DNA from: an uncultured Candidatus Saccharibacteria bacterium
GTDB lineage: Bacteria > Patescibacteriota > WWE3 > 2-01-FULL-39-13
Direction: 5' to 3'
Assembly (NCBI GenBank): GCA_964370865.1
Contig: CAYJKF010000003.1
Span: 86,359 to 150,358 of the forward strand
Length of the DNA stretch: 64,000 bases
Shown: one piece after another, positions 28,687-39,647 of the stretch
How positions within the stretch are numbered: position 1 is the first letter of the stretch
How the letters are laid out: each line of letters begins with the position of its first letter
The notes under the pieces: model-generated
What the model was told of the DNA's origin: nothing
The model's input: the letters and a program-made list of their open reading frames with translations, nothing else
Databases searched by the model: none
Made by a program: the position numbers and the translations under genes

Positions 28687-28914
28687 CTACTGTCTAGAAG
28701 TTTGGACCCCAACACACATAGTCGAAGATCCTCCTGGCATCTGACTGGAAACAGAATCTAATGGATGATTAATCTCCCAACCAACACAATCACAGCGCTT
28801 TATAACACCAACAAAACCACCGTATTCAGAACACTTATTTAGGAAATTATAAGCGAGGAGTAAGATAATCAAAACACAAAAAGCAACACCAGTAGTTAGA
28901 AGGGTTTTGTTCAT
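28687..28914 (-). CDS. Small membrane-anchored Cys-containing hypothetical protein
   Basis: TM helix plus CDC...C motifs. TGTATACT -10-like element just before MNKTLL. Confidence 0.6.
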   Translation of the reverse strand: MNKTLLTTGVAFCVLIILLLAYNFLNKCSEYGGFVGVIKRCDCVGWEINHPLDSVSSQMPGGSSTMCVGVQTSRQ

Positions 28915-28992
28915 AAGAAAAGTATACATCTGCCATTTTTAAATTGCAGGAAATTGGCAATGGGAGACTAAGAGTAGGTATATTAAAGAATC

Positions 28993-29068
28993 TGGTGAGC
29001 CAGGAAGGATTTGAACCTTCGACACCCTGCTTAAAAGGCAGGTGCTCTAACCACTGAGCTACTGGCCC
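28993..29068 (-). tRNA. tRNA-Lys(TTT)
   Basis: GGGCCAG...CTGGCTC-A-CCA. Anticodon arm CCTGC-CTTTTAA-GCAGG. T arm GAAGG-TTCAAAT-CCTTC. Confidence 0.96.
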
Positions 29069-29217
29069 GAAAAAAGAACGCAATTGGGAAAAAGCGTTTG
29101 GTACTCGTATATTGTACAATAAGCACGTAACTAATGGGAAGAATATGAGTCAAAATGGCTCTAAAACATCCCTTCTAATTTGGAATAATATTTAACTCTT
29201 TGTAGGTTGACCCTTTT

Positions 29218-31143
29218 TTATTTCATCTTTACCGTTGAGACATAGAGCTCATGGGCATCATGTAACCCATATGGAGTTAATTTGCAAACTTCATGAGTTT
29301 TAGCTGGACCATTTCTTCCCACAATCATAAAATCAATCCAATTTACATTATGAATACAAAGTGATGGATTAATGCATGAAGTGTTAAAAACTTCATTTAC
29401 ACTTGGTGTAGCATTACATCTTCTATCAGTTCTTCCATCAGCTGAGTCTTTCCAAGCCCAGAAGTAGCCATTATCTAAATGTGCATTCATATCACCAGAT
29501 AGCATGAGAGATTCTCCAGACTTTACCATTGAGTTGATGTAGGGAAGGATTTCAGCCACATTAACACATATAGTATGATTACTACGTTGAACATGAGTAT
29601 TGAAGCCTCTAATCTTGCCGTAAGGAGTATCTATCAAAGCATAGCTTATATACCTTCCGCCAGAGATTGCTTTTGCCCCAGTTTCCAGGATTGGATATCT
29701 GGAGATGGTTATCATTGTTCCTGAAGTGCCTGAAGGACTAGTATAAAAGTATAACTTTTCCCGGGGAAATGCTTGTCGGAACATATCTGGAATGCTAGTT
29801 CGACTTGCTGGATCAGTTGGATTTAATTCTGACGTCCAAGCATAGACTTCTTGTAAAAACATAATATCTAATTGTCGTTCTTTAAATTTAGCAATTATAG
29901 TTGGAACTTTATTAAGATTTGAAATCGCTTTGTTTCTTTCTCTTAAGTTTGTATCTTCTTGATCTGTACCTTGTCCCCAATCACCGCGGTCACCCTCTCC
30001 TATATTCCAAGTACCAAAATTAAGCATATTTGCAGAAACATGTTTTTGTGTTGGAGTACAAGCCATATTAGTGCTGTAGGCAATTGGACCGGAAGTTGGC
30101 GTAACTTGTGTCCCAAGTTTAACAACACCAAGAGCATCTATATCGAACGCATCAGCAGCGTTATAGGTAGCATTTGTTGCACTCGATTTATCGGTAATCT
30201 TAACGTAACCTATCCATGGCCAACCTGTTGACGCGATATCTATCTTCTTGATTCCAGGTCCACCCTCGTGACTTGTACTTGAGGCAGTACCAACTACTTT
30301 CCAGTTTGATCTGTCTTGACTAACTTGAATTTGAGCTGTTTCAATATCTCGGGGCTCGGCTGTTCTATTCCCTAAAGTTGCTTCATATATAACTAAGTCG
30401 TGCCCGGTTACGTTTTGAACTACTTTTCCAAATGAATATACTGCACTACCTCCAAATCCAAGACTCAAAAAAGTACTAGTCTTATCATATGGTTCAAAGT
30501 TCGCGGCTCCCAATCCTAGCGATTGATTATTTCTATCTGGAGGTATCGATGTGCCACCTTTGGTTTTACCAAGAGAAGCACCTTGGTTATTTGTTGCCCA
30601 TGCAGTTATTCCAAGTGATGCGGGAGATCCCAGAGCCGAATATTCAATTAAAGCACCGCAGGCATTAGCTACATTATTAAACTTCACACAAATTTTCTTA
30701 TCCCCTGTTGCTGTGGATGGAATAGTTATTTTACTCGTGGTGGTATAACTTGAGGCTTTCCACTGACTGTACGGTTTAGTTTTGTAGTATTGATCACATA
30801 AAACACTGGCAGGTGCTTCTGTCCATGCGAAGGAGGATGCTCCAGTTTGCTTTAAATTCAGAGATACAGTCCTATTTGTCGTCACACAACTATTGGCTCT
30901 TGGCTTGGTGTTATACCCGGTCGAGGTACATCCATTTAAATTAACTGCTGTCCATGAAGCACATGTTCCAGCAGTTTGTGCATCACTCTCGCTTATTACT
31001 GGCTCAAATGCTACAAAATTCTGTCGTGTTTCTGGAGTTCCCAAAAAAGTGTTAACTGCAATTAAACCTATGAATAACGAAAACGCTATGAAGGTACCTG
31101 TCACGAAAATACTCTTCAGCTTATTGGCAGGTTTTGTTTTCAT
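29218..31143 (-). CDS. Membrane-anchored extracellular protein with a C-terminal endonuclease/exonuclease/phosphatase (EEP) domain
   Basis: TM helix, Cys-rich N region and a beta domain (SLGFGGS..DLVIYE..DIDAL). EEP motifs TWNI, LQE, NTH, GDMN, IDF and DAH. Confidence 0.8.
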   Translation of the reverse strand: MKTKPANKLKSIFVTGTFIAFSLFIGLIAVNTFLGTPETRQNFVAFEPVISESDAQTAGTCASWTAVNLNGCTSTGYNTKPRANSCVTTNRTVSLNLKQTGASSFAWTEAPASVLCDQYYKTKPYSQWKASSYTTTSKITIPSTATGDKKICVKFNNVANACGALIEYSALGSPASLGITAWATNNQGASLGKTKGGTSIPPDRNNQSLGLGAANFEPYDKTSTFLSLGFGGSAVYSFGKVVQNVTGHDLVIYEATLGNRTAEPRDIETAQIQVSQDRSNWKVVGTASSTSHEGGPGIKKIDIASTGWPWIGYVKITDKSSATNATYNAADAFDIDALGVVKLGTQVTPTSGPIAYSTNMACTPTQKHVSANMLNFGTWNIGEGDRGDWGQGTDQEDTNLRERNKAISNLNKVPTIIAKFKERQLDIMFLQEVYAWTSELNPTDPASRTSIPDMFRQAFPREKLYFYTSPSGTSGTMITISRYPILETGAKAISGGRYISYALIDTPYGKIRGFNTHVQRSNHTICVNVAEILPYINSMVKSGESLMLSGDMNAHLDNGYFWAWKDSADGRTDRRCNATPSVNEVFNTSCINPSLCIHNVNWIDFMIVGRNGPAKTHEVCKLTPYGLHDAHELYVSTVKMK

Positions 31144-31199
31144 ATATATATAATATGATTATTCATTTCTTACGAAAACACAAGTAGCATAAATACAAT

Positions 31200-31961
31200 T
31201 TAAATATCACCTAGCTCCACTGAGCCTATCTTTGTTCTTTTTATATTTAAGCAGGTTGCGTATGTGCCCAAATATTCACCAATCTTATCTACTATAGCTC
31301 TTATATAAGTACCTTTTGAAACGTGAGCTCTCATTTTTAAAACAACAAATCCCTGCTGTTTTGTGTCCTTAAAGAATTGATTCCATGCTTCTCGAACAAT
31401 TTCGTTACGAAAACCTGATTTAATAGTCTCTAAAATACTATTTACCTTATTTTGCAAATCCTGTTTAGATAAAATGTCATTATTAAGTAATTCGATATTA
31501 AATATCTCAATCTCATTTGTCGGAATTTCAACTTGATCAATCTGTCCTGACAAATACCACCTGTATAAAGGTTTTCCGCGAATTTTTACAGCACTGAAAG
31601 GCGGGACTTTTTGAGAAACTACACCGTCAAACTTAACCAGTATTTCTTCGATGTCCAAAGGGGATACGATCTTTGACCCGAGCGGACCCGATTTGAGGGG
31701 CAAGCCTAAAATATCATAAGTATCTGTACTTACGCCTAGAAAAAACTCGAATTCATATACCTTATCTTTTCCCATAAATTCTGATTGGCGTTTACAAGCC
31801 TCTCGACCTACAAGGCATATAAGCAACCCTTCAGCTAAAGGGTCCAGAGTACCGGCATGTCCAATCTTTTCTCCTGGATATTTTTTCTTCAAATCACGAA
31901 TTACGTCATAACTTGTGATTCCAACTGGTTTATTTATCATTAAAACTCCGCCATTTTCCAT
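31200..31961 (-). CDS. truB: tRNA pseudouridine(55) synthase
   Basis: NKPVGITS, GHAGTLDPLAEG, PPFSAVK and SKGTYIR. Confidence 0.95.
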   Translation of the reverse strand: MENGGVLMINKPVGITSYDVIRDLKKKYPGEKIGHAGTLDPLAEGLLICLVGREACKRQSEFMGKDKVYEFEFFLGVSTDTYDILGLPLKSGPLGSKIVSPLDIEEILVKFDGVVSQKVPPFSAVKIRGKPLYRWYLSGQIDQVEIPTNEIEIFNIELLNNDILSKQDLQNKVNSILETIKSGFRNEIVREAWNQFFKDTKQQGFVVLKMRAHVSKGTYIRAIVDKIGEYLGTYATCLNIKRTKIGSVELGDI

Positions 31962-32009
31962 CTAACAATTATATAGTAATTAAGCAAGGCCGTCGTGATA
32001 AAATAATTT

Positions 32010-33359
32010 ATGAATCCTTCGATTTTCAAAGCCTATGATATTAGAGGCAAGTACCCAGATGAGATAGATGAAAAAACTGTATATCAAGTTGCAAGGCACT
32101 TTGTTGAAATGATGCAAGTCAAAGAAGTTGTAGTTGCATATGACGCGAGGGTTTCAGCACCTTCATTATTACCACATTTATATCAAGGGATAGCAGATGG
32201 TGGTGCAAAAATAATTGAACTAGGAATGACTGGCACAGAAGTTTTCTATTTTGCTGTCGCGCATTTTAAATACAAAGCAGGAATAATGTTAACCGCCTCA
32301 CACAACCCAAAAATTTATAATGGTTTAAAACTAGTAGGAGAAAACGCCGAAGCCTTAAGTGAAGTAGGAAGACTAACTGAATTAAGAGATAGAGTCTTAA
32401 ATTCAACATTCGAAAGAATTAATAGCGAAATTACTAAAGAAACAATTAACGCATACCCCGAATTCAGAAATAGAATATTTAGTCTAGTTAATTTCGACTC
32501 TCAAAGAAAACTTAAAATAGTCGTTGATCCAGGAAACGGCGTAGGAGGATTAGTATTCGATAAAATATTTGGCGATAATAAAAACCTAGAGATACACAGA
32601 ATGTATTACGAGCCAGATGGAAATTTTCCAAATCACGAATCAAATCCAACTAAAATCGAAAACGTACATGACCTAATTAGTAAAGTAAAAGAGTTAAACG
32701 CTGATTTAGGGATAGCTCTGGATGGTGATGCTGATCGTGTATTTTTTATTGATGAAAAGGGAGGATACTCACTCGGGTATTTTATTACTGCATTAATTGC
32801 TGAAAGAGTACTCGAAAAATATCCTAAAGCAAACATTGTTCACGAGGCAAGATACGACTGGGCTATTATAGATACTATCAAAGAAGTTGGAGGGACAGGT
32901 CTTGTTTCCAAATCAGGATATCCATTTATTAAAGCACTAATGAGAAAGACAAATGCAGTATTCGGAGGTGAAACGAGTGCACATTACTATTATCGAGATA
33001 CTTATAATAGTGATAGTCCAACGCTAACAATCGCCTTAATCTTGGAATTAATGTTACATTCAGGTAAGTCGTTTTCAGAAATACTTAAAAAGTATGAAGA
33101 TAACTATTTTATAAGTGGAGAAATAAACTTAACAGTAGAAAATGCCGACGTAGCTATGGAAAGAGTTAAAACTAAATATTCCGAAATGGAAGGGGTAACA
33201 CTAAGTGAACTAGACGGCGTGCTTTTCGAAAAAGGAAGAGAATGGCATATAAGCGTTCGAAAATCCAACACTGAACCACTTATCCGTTTAAATGTTGAGG
33301 CAAATTCTCCTAAAGAAGTACAAAGAGTATTAAGTGAAGTTCAAGGATTAATATACTAA
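32010..33359 (+). CDS. manB: Phosphomannomutase/phosphoglucomutase
   Basis: FKAYDIRG, TASHNP, DGDADR, GETSAH and RKSNTEP. Confidence 0.92.
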   Translation: MNPSIFKAYDIRGKYPDEIDEKTVYQVARHFVEMMQVKEVVVAYDARVSAPSLLPHLYQGIADGGAKIIELGMTGTEVFYFAVAHFKYKAGIMLTASHNPKIYNGLKLVGENAEALSEVGRLTELRDRVLNSTFERINSEITKETINAYPEFRNRIFSLVNFDSQRKLKIVVDPGNGVGGLVFDKIFGDNKNLEIHRMYYEPDGNFPNHESNPTKIENVHDLISKVKELNADLGIALDGDADRVFFIDEKGGYSLGYFITALIAERVLEKYPKANIVHEARYDWAIIDTIKEVGGTGLVSKSGYPFIKALMRKTNAVFGGETSAHYYYRDTYNSDSPTLTIALILELMLHSGKSFSEILKKYEDNYFISGEINLTVENADVAMERVKTKYSEMEGVTLSELDGVLFEKGREWHISVRKSNTEPLIRLNVEANSPKEVQRVLSEVQGLIY

Positions 33360-33763
33360 TGGAAAACATCTTATATATCACTGCAATTTTAATTCTGTTA
33401 TTAGCTCTAATTTATTTAACACTTAAAGGAACCGGTAAGAAAAAGGATCCTGTATTAAAACAGCATTATGCGAAGGTAATTAGTGAAACGGTTCTTACTG
33501 ATTTTAATAGTGTAAAAAACGGCCTTTTCGAACTCGACAAACTCGTAGATCGATATTTAAAAAACTCGAAAATTAAAGGCGAAACGATGGGTGAAAGACT
33601 TAAATCCGCCTCCAAACTCTTTCAAAAAGATGAATACAATAAAATATGGGAAGCTCATAAAATCAGAAATACTCTAGCTCATGAAGTACAACACAATATC
33701 GATCTAAAAACCCTACAAAATGCATACAATAATATGCGCAAAATTATTTCTAATTATATTTAG
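33359..33763 (+). CDS. Membrane-anchored hypothetical protein
   Basis: N-terminal TM helix; GETMGERLK..WEAHKIRNTLAHE (HEPN/DUF4145-like RxxxxH pattern). Coupled to the manB stop. Confidence 0.75.
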   Translation: MENILYITAILILLLALIYLTLKGTGKKKDPVLKQHYAKVISETVLTDFNSVKNGLFELDKLVDRYLKNSKIKGETMGERLKSASKLFQKDEYNKIWEAHKIRNTLAHEVQHNIDLKTLQNAYNNMRKIISNYI

Positions 33764-34482
33764 AGTTTATACATTAGGGTCTCTTCACTGTATTCAGCCT
33801 GACCATTTATGGACGGTAACCATTGATCCGGCTCTGAAACGTAATAGTGTTTTACCGTAACCGTATTTATCCCTACATTTTCTATACTATAGGTATTTAA
33901 ACTATCAGATTTAAATATTGTTTTCGATAGCGAGTTTTTTAAATCCATAACAACAATATCCACATATTCATATGGGTAATCCGACGTTATAATTCCATTT
34001 AAATCCTCGAATACAAAATACTCATCTGTCAGAAAAACTCTTCCGCCTGTAAAATTAGGCGTCATTAATTCACCATTATTTAATGAAATCAAAAAAGTGC
34101 TTCGAAATATATAGCTACCTGAGGATAAAACAATATACTCACGATTGGGACTAATATAAGTAATTACTGATGCCCAAAGTTGAAGTGGTTCCTTAACCAA
34201 GACTTTCTTGTTAGAAGTAGTATCAATTATTGAAATCATAACACTCTGATCTTCTAGTACTTCTTCGACTACTATCTCAATTCCATTCATTTCTTCAAAA
34301 GTTATCTGATTTGGCAAATCATACTTAACACTAGGCGAGCTTGTAGGAATTCCAGCAGGCTTATTATTGTAAGGTTCCAATGAATTACGACTATTCCACC
34401 ATATTAATAAATAGATGTTTGTTAAAATCAGTATGACTATTAGTAAGAGGAAAAATGAATTAGTATGATTAGATACTCGCAT
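33760..34482 (-). CDS. Membrane-anchored beta-rich hypothetical protein
   Basis: N-terminal TM helix. TGCTACAAT element just before ATG. Confidence 0.7.
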   Translation of the reverse strand: MRVSNHTNSFFLLLIVILILTNIYLLIWWNSRNSLEPYNNKPAGIPTSSPSVKYDLPNQITFEEMNGIEIVVEEVLEDQSVMISIIDTTSNKKVLVKEPLQLWASVITYISPNREYIVLSSGSYIFRSTFLISLNNGELMTPNFTGGRVFLTDEYFVFEDLNGIITSDYPYEYVDIVVMDLKNSLSKTIFKSDSLNTYSIENVGINTVTVKHYYVSEPDQWLPSINGQAEYSEETLMYKL

Positions 34483-34565
34483 TAATATAATTGTAGCAAA
34501 ACGGTCATTCTACAAGTTTCAAATCCTTCCCAAACTCATTTAAAGAGTGGTAGTATTAACTTACT

Positions 34566-36854
34566 ATGCCCAATTCCAATAAATCTGAAAGTTTAATTCT
34601 TCCATTCTCACAATTAGGAAAAGCCGACATTCCAATCGCCGGTGGAAAAGGCGCAAATCTAGGAGAAATGTTTAATAGTGGAATCCCTGTCCCTGATGGG
34701 TTTGTAGTCACCTCGAACGCATATTATCGCTTTATAAAAGAAAACGGCCTGATGGAAATGATTAAGAAAAAGCTGACAGGCATAGATATTGAAAATTCCA
34801 AGCTATTACAGTCCACAGCATCAGAAATACAAAAAATCATAAAAGAGACACCAATGTCTGAATCTACAATTCATGAGATAAAATCAGCATATCATTTCTT
34901 GTGTGGCAATTCTGACAAACAAGTTGCGGTTAGATCATCAGCAACAGCCGAGGATTTACCAGATGCAAGTTTTGCAGGGCAGCAAGAGACTTACCTAAAT
35001 ATTATTGGATGGCAAAATGTCGCTCATGCAACTCAAAACTGCTGGGCTTCATTATTTGGTGCAAGAGCAATCTACTACAGAAGTAGACAAGGATTTGATC
35101 ATTTTAAAGTAGGCATCGCTGTACCAATTCAACTTATGATTCAAAGTGAAGTCTCTGGAATTATGTTCACTGTAAACCCACTTACAAATAATAAGGATGA
35201 AATATCAGTAGAAGCAGCATATGGACTTGGAGAAACCGTAGTTTCAGGAACAATTACGCCGGATCAATACATTTTGGATAAAAAAGGCCTAAATATTAAG
35301 AAAAAACACATCATTAAGCAAACCTGGCAATTAACGAAACAAGGAAGAGTTGCAATTTCACGCGATTATCAAGACGTCCAAAAACTAGAAGATAAATTAG
35401 TTACCGAGCTTGCAACAATCGGCTTGAAACTCGAACAACATTATAAACATCCACAGGATATTGAATGGGGAATGTATAAAAACAAAATTTATATCGTTCA
35501 AACCAGGCCAATTACGACGTTATCAAAAAATGCAGACGCAGCAGAAGAACAAAACTTAAAAGTAAATATTCCACAAAAAGATATTCTATTAGATGGAAAC
35601 CCCGCTTCACCAGGATACGCAACTGGTAAAGTTAGAATTATCCACTCTGCAAGCGAAATTAATTTAGTAAAACAAGGAGAAATCTTAGTTACGGAAATGA
35701 CTAATCCTGATTTTGTACCTGCAATGAGAAAAGCAGGAGCTATTGTAACAGATGAAGGCGGAGCAACCTCCCACGCAGCAATTGTATCTAGGGAACTTGG
35801 TATACCAGCAATTGTTGGAACTGAAGTAGCCACTAAAATGCTAAAAACTGGCGAGCAGGTAACAGTCAATGGATACCAAGGAAAGGTATACGCAGGAGAT
35901 TATCTTGCAGAATTAAAAGCCTTAGAACCAGAAAAAGATTACTCAGAATATAAAAACGCAAAAACAGCCACTAAAGTTTATGTAAATCTTGGAGAACCCG
36001 AACTTGCACCAAAAGTTGCCGCTATGGGTGTCGATGGAGTTGGACTGCTAAGAGCAGAATTTATGATGGCAGAAATCGGAAAACATCCAAGACAATTTAT
36101 AGAAGAAGGAAAACAAGAAGAATTTATAAATAAACTAGTTGAAGGTTTAACCGTATTTGCTAAAGCGTTCACTCCAAGGCCAATAATCTATAGAGCAAAC
36201 GATTTCAAAACAAATGAATACAGAGCGCTAAAAGGTGGAGATAAATTTGAGCAAGAAGAACAAAATCCATTAATTGGATATAGAGGAGTTTCAAGATATC
36301 TCGATAATGAAGAAGTATTTGCAATGGAAATTGAAGCAATCAAACGCGTTAGAAATAAATTAGGATATAAAAACTTACAGCTAATGCTACCTTTTGTAAG
36401 AACTGTCGAGCAATTCATAAAGTGTAAGAAAATCTTGTCAGCCCACGGATTAACACGAAAGGGTAGTTTCGAACTTTATATGATGGTAGAAATTCCTTCA
36501 AATGTGATTATGTTAGATGAATTTATCGATGCAGGTTTAGACGGACTCTCAATAGGCTCAAATGATTTAACTATGTTAATTCTAGGATTAGATAGAGACA
36601 ACCCAAAAATTGCTGATGTATATGACGAAAGAAATCCTGCCGTACTTTGGGCACTAGAAAAGATTATTACTACAGCTAAAAAAAGAGGCGTAAAAGTCTC
36701 CATTTGCGGACAAGCTCCAACTAGATATCCTGAGTTAACAAGAAAATTAGTTGAATGGGGGACTACATCCGTTTCCGTTTCACCAGATGTGGCATATCTT
36801 ACACGTAAAATAGTTGCGGAATCCGAGTTAGAACTCGTTCGCAAAAAGAAATAA
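34566..36854 (+). CDS. ppsA: Phosphoenolpyruvate synthase
   Basis: GGKGANLGE, AVRSSATAED, phospho-His TSHAAIVSRE, GLLRAEF and SIGSNDL. Confidence 0.96.
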   Translation: MPNSNKSESLILPFSQLGKADIPIAGGKGANLGEMFNSGIPVPDGFVVTSNAYYRFIKENGLMEMIKKKLTGIDIENSKLLQSTASEIQKIIKETPMSESTIHEIKSAYHFLCGNSDKQVAVRSSATAEDLPDASFAGQQETYLNIIGWQNVAHATQNCWASLFGARAIYYRSRQGFDHFKVGIAVPIQLMIQSEVSGIMFTVNPLTNNKDEISVEAAYGLGETVVSGTITPDQYILDKKGLNIKKKHIIKQTWQLTKQGRVAISRDYQDVQKLEDKLVTELATIGLKLEQHYKHPQDIEWGMYKNKIYIVQTRPITTLSKNADAAEEQNLKVNIPQKDILLDGNPASPGYATGKVRIIHSASEINLVKQGEILVTEMTNPDFVPAMRKAGAIVTDEGGATSHAAIVSRELGIPAIVGTEVATKMLKTGEQVTVNGYQGKVYAGDYLAELKALEPEKDYSEYKNAKTATKVYVNLGEPELAPKVAAMGVDGVGLLRAEFMMAEIGKHPRQFIEEGKQEEFINKLVEGLTVFAKAFTPRPIIYRANDFKTNEYRALKGGDKFEQEEQNPLIGYRGVSRYLDNEEVFAMEIEAIKRVRNKLGYKNLQLMLPFVRTVEQFIKCKKILSAHGLTRKGSFELYMMVEIPSNVIMLDEFIDAGLDGLSIGSNDLTMLILGLDRDNPKIADVYDERNPAVLWALEKIITTAKKRGVKVSICGQAPTRYPELTRKLVEWGTTSVSVSPDVAYLTRKIVAESELELVRKKK

Positions 36855-36860
36855 TCCAAA

Positions 36861-37991
36861 ATGCAAATCAGAAACATTTACGGTCGTAAGATCTTAAACT
36901 CAGTTGGCGAATGGACTATTGAGGTTGAGATAGAACTTGATGAAGGAACGGTAGCAAGGGCATCTGTACCAGGTGGATTTTCAAGAGGCACAAGTGAAGT
37001 AGATACAATTGAAGCCGAAGCGGCATTATTCATAATCGAAGAAATTAAGGATGAATTAATTGGCAGAGAGTTTAAATCTACCTTCGAATTCGATATTAAA
37101 TTGCTTCAAATGGATAATTCAGAAAATAAATCTAAACTTGGTGGTAATACATTAATTGGACTTTCGGTAGCATTTACCAAAGCCATAGCAATGACTCAAA
37201 AACATGAAACCTATGAGTATATTCATAAACTGTTAAATCCTGAAATTCCGCTTGAAGTAATTAATTTTAAAATGCCAAAATACATGATGCTTATGCTCGA
37301 AGGTGGATCCCATGGCTCAAGCGACGCAACAATACAAGAATTTATGGCTATAGTTGATGAAATCCCAAGAGGAGTGGAAATATACAACGCTATAAAAAAG
37401 GAACTACATGATTTGGGCAAATCTACCAATGTTGGAGCAGAGGGAGCATTTTCACCTGAGGGTTTTGATAACAGAATGTCATTAGAAGTAATGACTAAAT
37501 TTCTAAGAGATGAAGAGATAGCGCTAGATGCAGCTGCCAGTTCAATATCTAAAGGGGACCTACCTAATTACGAAGAATTGCTCACAGATTTTCCGATTAG
37601 TTCAATCGAAGATCCACTTGGTGAAAACGACTGGGCTAATTGGGAATTTTTCGCATCAAAACACCTAAATAAAATTCAAATAGTAACAGACGATCTTACG
37701 ACAACAAATCCAAAACTATTATCACAAGCTATTAAGCGTAATGTCGGGAATGCAATAATAATTAAACCAAATCAAATCGGTACAATATATGAAACACTAA
37801 AAGTTGTAAAAATGGCCAAAGACGCAGGTTGGAAAGTCATTGTTTCTCATAGAGGAACTGACACAAATGATGATTTTATTTCTGATTTAGCAGTTGGTAT
37901 TCAAAGTGATTATGTAAAATTTGGCTCTCCAGCAAGGGGTGAACGCGTTGCCAAATATAATAGACTATTAGAAATTGCTGAATTAATATAA
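36861..37991 (+). CDS. eno: Enolase (short, divergent)
   Basis: KLGGN, QEFM, IEDP, DDL, IKPNQIG, SHR and RGERVAKYNRLL. Confidence 0.93.
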   Translation: MQIRNIYGRKILNSVGEWTIEVEIELDEGTVARASVPGGFSRGTSEVDTIEAEAALFIIEEIKDELIGREFKSTFEFDIKLLQMDNSENKSKLGGNTLIGLSVAFTKAIAMTQKHETYEYIHKLLNPEIPLEVINFKMPKYMMLMLEGGSHGSSDATIQEFMAIVDEIPRGVEIYNAIKKELHDLGKSTNVGAEGAFSPEGFDNRMSLEVMTKFLRDEEIALDAAASSISKGDLPNYEELLTDFPISSIEDPLGENDWANWEFFASKHLNKIQIVTDDLTTTNPKLLSQAIKRNVGNAIIIKPNQIGTIYETLKVVKMAKDAGWKVIVSHRGTDTNDDFISDLAVGIQSDYVKFGSPARGERVAKYNRLLEIAELI

Positions 37992-38005
37992 ATATTCCTA
38001 TTTAA

Positions 38006-39598
38006 TTACTGAATTCCTAAAAGATTTAAGTCTTCTGTAGACATGGCTGTATCTGGTAATGCATGTCGTATTGATGCTTGTTCAAATCCAAATGATCCTT
38101 CGTCTATACCATTCTCATCTTCTAGGATTACAGGAGGCGGTGCCATCAAATTAGTCACATGATTTATCACAGATGTATAATATTCCTCAAATGTTACAGT
38201 CTCTTTCGGAACAATAACTGACACAGAATCGTCAAGTGGATCTATTCGTACTTCATATACTAAATTTATATCATTCATACTTTGTCCCTGAGCCTGTATA
38301 AGCTGTTCTCGGGTTTGAGCTAACGCTGGCGTAGCGGTTCCCAAAACATTTGTGTAGTTTGCGGGCGACATACTTGATGAGAAAGTAGAGGTACTTGAAT
38401 ACTTCCTTATTTTATAAGTACTCATTTCAACCCATAAGTCTATCTTTACATTTTTCATTATAACTGGTGAGGTATTTTGCATCGCAGGATTAACTTCTTG
38501 ACCATCTGCTGAAGAAGCGGAATATGACACATTTGACAGCTTAGTAATTAATTCCGCCACCTGACCATCAGTTGGGTAGTAGGATAATTTATACACCTTA
38601 ACACCATCAAGTTCTTCCTTTGTTGAAGTCACAAATGGGATAACATCATCTCGAAAAATATCTAATACCTTTTCGTTATCACCCATTAATGCTGACTGTG
38701 ATTCACTATTTTCTCCAAATACCTGATTGATTGCATTATCTACTTCGGTACTATCAACTTTAACCCACCTATTAAAAATTGGGTTATTTGAACCCCAGGT
38801 GTTAGGTAAATTAGGCATTATTTTATCGAGAGTTATAGCATTTAAAATATTAAAATATAAAGTTTTATCAAAATGATGAACTTGAACTTCAAGAAGTTCT
38901 CCCACTGCGATTTTAAACGCGAAGTTATTCATACCATTCTCTCTGATTAGTGGTCCCTCTACGGTTAAACTCATTTTGTCAGAACCAAATAGTTCCTTAA
39001 GTGTTGGGTCATCTGTCTGTGAACTAAAAGAACCACTTATATATGACCTATCAAATATCTTTGTTGACGCCATATTATATAAAACCATTCTTGATGATTT
39101 AGGCATAAAAGAAATTTTATTTACTGCACTAACTGCCATATCTCGGTATTTGGCTGGTAAAGGCAGTACTTCATATGCGGCGGCAGCAAAGCCTCCAGCA
39201 GCAAGAAATACTAAAAGTAGTGGAACTAATATTAGTGAGTAAATTAACATTTTCGATACACCAGCTTTTTTATCGGAATTATTTTTTACGTTAGCCACTG
39301 AATGTTTATCGTTGCTATTATTTGGGGCAATTCCTGTGATTGTACTAGAATTTCCTTCTTCTGAGGGAAGGTTAGAAGCTGATTCTGCCGTAGGAATGGA
39401 CGGAGTTGGAGCGTCTGGAGTTTTGTTACCCAAATCCAAATCATCCCGCTTTGTTGATGAAGTAGGAACAGTAGGTTCAGAATAAGGATCAACTGGCTGC
39501 GTTGGATAATTTGAAGCTGTAGGCGTATCATTTGCGCCTCCCATTACAGGTTGAAAATTATCTGGAGGATTTTGATTCTGTGGCAGGTTCTGATCCAT
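38006..39598 (-). CDS. Membrane protein with a disordered N terminus and an extracellular beta-rich domain
   Basis: Pro/Ser/Thr-rich N terminus, a single TM helix and a long C domain. Confidence 0.75.
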   Translation of the reverse strand: MDQNLPQNQNPPDNFQPVMGGANDTPTASNYPTQPVDPYSEPTVPTSSTKRDDLDLGNKTPDAPTPSIPTAESASNLPSEEGNSSTITGIAPNNSNDKHSVANVKNNSDKKAGVSKMLIYSLILVPLLLVFLAAGGFAAAAYEVLPLPAKYRDMAVSAVNKISFMPKSSRMVLYNMASTKIFDRSYISGSFSSQTDDPTLKELFGSDKMSLTVEGPLIRENGMNNFAFKIAVGELLEVQVHHFDKTLYFNILNAITLDKIMPNLPNTWGSNNPIFNRWVKVDSTEVDNAINQVFGENSESQSALMGDNEKVLDIFRDDVIPFVTSTKEELDGVKVYKLSYYPTDGQVAELITKLSNVSYSASSADGQEVNPAMQNTSPVIMKNVKIDLWVEMSTYKIRKYSSTSTFSSSMSPANYTNVLGTATPALAQTREQLIQAQGQSMNDINLVYEVRIDPLDDSVSVIVPKETVTFEEYYTSVINHVTNLMAPPPVILEDENGIDEGSFGFEQASIRHALPDTAMSTEDLNLLGIQ

Positions 39599-39647
39599 AT
39601 GAAAAATTCTACCATAGCAAAAGTCGTGCTACTAGCTTTAGTAAATC

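Noticed and set aside
28847-29119. 90-aa ORF on the minus strand
   Set aside because: It overlaps tRNA-Lys and is a translation of the tRNA sequence.
36861-37991. Enolase as a pseudogene because of its short length and SHRGTD motif
   Set aside because: The reading frame is intact with the main catalytic and metal-binding residues present, and it is coupled to ppsA.
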